In this document: positions 48,695 to 52,106 of the stretch, piece after piece | How the letters are laid out: each line of letters opens with the position of its first letter | How positions within the stretch are numbered: the first letter of the stretch is position 1 | Assembly: GCF_004010195.1 (NCBI RefSeq) | Contig: NC_057720.1 | Location: forward strand, 29,110,898-29,163,003 | DNA: 52,106 bases | Origin: Chiloscyllium plagiosum | Lineage: Eukaryota | Reading direction: 5' to 3' | The notes under the pieces: generated by a model | The model's input: the letters and a program-made list of their open reading frames with translations, nothing else | The model's database searches: none | Told to the model about the DNA's origin: nothing | Program-made: the position numbers and the translations under genes

Positions 48695-50450
48695 GTGCAG
48701 CCTATGTCCACTCTGCCATTATCATCAAGCGCGCACACATTCGGGATACCACCCACGCCATCCACCTCCTCCAAGACTTCCATTTCCCTGCGCCACTATG
48801 CCTCATCTTCACCATGGACATCCAGTCCCCATACAACCTCCATCCACCACAAGCAGGGCCTCCATTTCTTCTGCTCCCAACATCCCCCCAGTACCCTTCC
48901 ACTGACGCTCTAATTAGTTTGGCTGAACTGGTCCTCACCCTCAACAATTTTTCCTTCGAATCCTCCCACTTTCTCCAGATGAAAGCGGTAGCCATGGGCA
49001 CCCGCATGGGCCCCAGCTATGCCTGTCTCTTCGTCATCTATGTGGAACAGTCCCTATCTTCCATAGTTATACCAGCACCACTCTCCACCTCTTCCTCCAC
49101 TATATTGATAACTGCATTGGCGCCACCTCGTGCTCCCACAAGGAGGTTGAACAGTTCATCAACTTCACCAACACATTCCACCCCAACCTTAACTTCACCT
49201 GATCCATCTCAGACATCTCCCTCACCTTCCTGGACCTCTCCATCTCCATCAACGGTGACCAACTCAACACTGACATTTTCTACAAAACCACCGATTTCCA
49301 CAGCTACCTGGATTACACCTCCTCCCACCCTGCCCCCTGCAAAAATGCTGTCCCTTATTCCCAATTCCTCTGCCTCCGCCACATCTGCTCCCAGGAGGAC
49401 CAGTTCCACCACAAAACACACCAGATGGCCTCCTTGTTTAAAGACCGCAATTTCCCACCCCACATGGTTGGTGATGTCCTCCAGCTCATCTCATCCATTT
49501 CCCGCACCTCCGCCTTCCAACCCCACCCCTCCAACCACACCAAGGACAGAACCCCTCTAGTCCTCACCTTCCACCGCACCAATCTCCGGATACTTCGCAT
49601 CACCCTCCACCATTTCCGCCACCTACATACAGACCCCACCACCAGAGATATCTTTCCCTCCCTATTCCTATCCACTTTCTGTAAAGACCATTTCCTCTGC
49701 GACTACCTCGTTAAGTCCACGCCCCCCAACAACCCACCCTCCCCTCCCGGCACCTTCCGCTGCCACTGCAGGAGTTGCAAAACCTGCACCCACACCTCCA
49801 ACTTAACTCTGTTCAAGGCCCCAAAGGAGCCTTCCACATCCATCAAAGTTTCACCTGCAGTTCCACAAATGTCATTTGCTGTATCCATTGCTCCCAATGC
49901 GGTCTCATCTACATCGGGGAGACAGGACGCCGACTCACAGAGCATTTCAGAGAACATCTCCAGGACACTCGCACCAATCAACCCTACTGCCCCGTGGCCA
50001 AACACTTCAACTCCCCCTCCCAATCCGCCAAGGACATGCAGGACATTCTCCATCACCACTCCCTTACCACCCGACACCTGGAGGAAGAACGCCTCATCTT
50101 CTACCTCGGGACCCTCCAACCCCATGGTATCAATGTGGATTTCACCAGTTTCCTGATGTCCCCTCCCCCCACCTTTTCCCAGTTCCAACCTTCCAGCTCA
50201 GCACTGCCCCCGTGACCTGTCCTCCCTATCCTCTCCACCCTCCCCTCTGACCTATCACCTTTACCCCCACCTCCATCCACCTATTGCACTCTCAGCTACC
50301 TTCCCCTCGGCCCTGCCCCCTTCCTATTTATCTCTCCATCCCTGAGGCTCCCAGCCTCACTCCTGATGAAGGGCTTTTGCCCGAAACATCAATTTTCCTG
50401 CTCCTCGGATGCTGCCTGACCTGCTGTGCTTTTCCAGCACCACACTCTCA
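48695..50450 (+). mobile_element. PLE (Neptune-like), 5'-truncated ~1.75 kb: RT + GIY-YIG endonuclease + pseudo-LTR
   Basis: LVLTLNNFSFESSHFLQMKAVAMGTRMGPSYACLF (RT), CHCRSCKTC linker, NVICCIHCSQCGLIYIGETGRRLTEHFREH (GIY-YIG). Hammerhead-like core at 50363-50390. Frameshifted. Confidence 0.93.
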
Positions 50451-50725
50451 ATCCTGGTTCAATGAAGAGTGCTGGAGGGCATGGCAGGAACAGCAGCAAG
50501 CATACTTAAAAATGATGTATCAATCTGTACTTCAAATAGTGAGAACAGCAGGCGATAGAGCTAAGCAATCCCACAACCAATAGATTGGATCTCAGGTCTG
50601 CAATTTTGCACATCCAGTCATGAATGGTAGTGCACATTAAACAAGTAACAGCAGGAGAGGCTCCACAAATATAAACATTCTCAATGATGTGGAGCCCAGC
50701 ACATCAGTGCAAAAGATAATTCTCA
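50451..50725 (+). mobile_element. Internal fragment of another LINE ORF2
   Basis: WFNEECWRAWQEQQQAYLKM...RAKQSHNQ resembles the PWF...C tether region between APE and RT. Confidence 0.55.
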
Positions 50726-50756
50726 TGACCCCAACTGTTGGAATACTGAACAAATC

Positions 50757-51086
50757 AGATTAGATTACTTACAGTGTGGAAACAGGCCCTTCGGCCCAAC
50801 AAGTCCACACCGCCCTGCCGAAGCGCAACTCACCCATACCCCTACATTTACCCCTTACCTAACACTACGGGTAATTTAGCATGGCCAATTCACCTGACCT
50901 GCACATTGTTGGACTGTGGGAGGAAACCGGAGCACCCGGAGGAAACCCACGCAGACACGGGGAGAATGTGCAAATTCCACACAGTCAGTCGCCTGAGGCG
51001 GGAATTGAACCCGGGTCTCTGGCGCTGTGAGGCAGCAGTGCTAACCACTGTGCCACCGTGCCACCCACTGTGCCACCGTGCCGCCC
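50757..51086 (-). mobile_element. HE1-like V-SINE with duplicated 5' 20-mer
   Basis: Reverse complement of the 47609-47900 type, CpG-rich; 51045-51064 repeated at 51065-51084. Confidence 0.92.
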
Positions 51087-51561
51087 ACCGATCCTAGAGT
51101 GAAACCTGGTTTAACACACCATCAGTTTTATTTTTGAAATTTGTTTACCTTGGTGGTGAGTTGCTGAACATATTCACAAGAGGCTGCCAATGTACTTTTA
51201 ACAATGAATATCAAAGCTTATTACACACAACAGGAAAAACATGAACTATTTTAGACAATATATGATCCATTCAAAATGGTTTTATATCAAAAATTGTGAT
51301 TAAACTCTTCTACCTTCAACAACAACCTTACAGATACTCACTGAAGGGACAACCTGTTTCCATCTAACGTTATCCAGTGCACACAGCAGCAGTTAGGTTC
51401 TTTTCAGGAAACATTTGCATTTACTTGATGCTATGTCTTTACTTAATGTCTGTTCTTGAGACCCTTAAATAAACTGCTAACACAGCTCATTTATTATCTA
51501 ACATGTTTATTGACTATGAGCCCTTAAATGCTTCTTCCAGTCTTCAATTTCTGCTTCTTTT

Positions 51562-51832
51562 AGAGTCATAGTCATAGAGATGTATAGCATGGAAACAGAC
51601 CCTTCGGTCCAACTCATCCATGCTGACCCAATCTAGTCCCACCTGCCAGTACCCGGCCCATATCCCTCCAAACCCTTCCTATTTATATACCCATCCAAAT
51701 GCCTCTTAAATGTTGCAATTGTACCAGCCTCCACCACATCCTCTGGCAGCTCATTCTATACACGTACCGCCCTCTGCGTGAAAAAGTTGCCCCTTAAGTC
51801 TCTTTTATATCTTTCTCTCTCACCTTAAACCT
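51562..51832 (-). mobile_element. CR1 3'-end fragment
   Basis: Matches 4833-5113. Confidence 0.92.
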
Positions 51833-51834
51833 CA

Positions 51835-52106
51835 CATGGGGTGGCCATGTTGGTAAGGGATGATATTTAATCCCTTGCGTGGGGCGACCTAGAATCAGGG
51901 GATGTAGAGTCAGTGTAGATAGAGCTGAGAAATACTAAGGGTAAAAAGACCCTCTTGGGAATTATCTACAGGCCCCCAAACAGTAGTCTGGATGTCGGAT
52001 GTAAGTTAAATCAGGAGCTGAAATTGGCCTGTCGCAAAGATGTTACTACAGTTGTTATGGGGGATTTCAACATGCAGGTAGACTGGGAGAATCAGGATGG
52101 TATTGG
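51835..52106 (+). mobile_element. CR1 ORF2 APE endonuclease fragment, runs off window
   Basis: GVAMLVRDDI...GIIYRPPNSS...VVMGDFNMQVDW. Confidence 0.85.

Noticed and set aside
51342..51561. Exon-like minus-strand segment ending at a GTGAGT donor (KEAEIEDWKKHLRAH…)
   Set aside because: About five stops in ~73 codons is near chance; worth including in the pseudogene search but unsupported alone.

Overview
Vertebrate genomic DNA, almost certainly a cartilaginous fish (shark). This is inferred from HE1/V-SINE-type tRNA-derived SINEs, abundant CR1 LINEs and Penelope-like elements (PLEs). The only intact gene I can support is ATPAF1 (ATP11, mitochondrial F1 assembly factor 1) on the + strand. Eight coding exons (exons 2-9 if numbered as in human; exon 1 lies upstream) run from 1487 to 24611 and splice in frame to ~240 codons. 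The first visible exon uses a non-canonical GC donor, with a consensus GT donor 57 nt downstream whose use would bring in a stop codon. The rest is mostly retroelements: a near full-length CR1 with an esterase ORF1, many CR1 3' fragments, two PLE lineages, SINEs, an RTE fragment and a solo LTR, several nested with readable target-site duplications (TSDs). Most notable are hairpin-shaped mini-PLE insertions carrying minimal hammerhead ribozyme cores (one a perfect 89-bp palindrome), a 21-nt locally templated insertion, a 199-bp duplication bracketing a truncated SINE, and a possible decayed, unidentified gene convergent with ATPAF1. Nothing is prokaryotic, and I cannot support a wholly new biological system. 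Coordinates were read by eye; old repeat boundaries are approximate.
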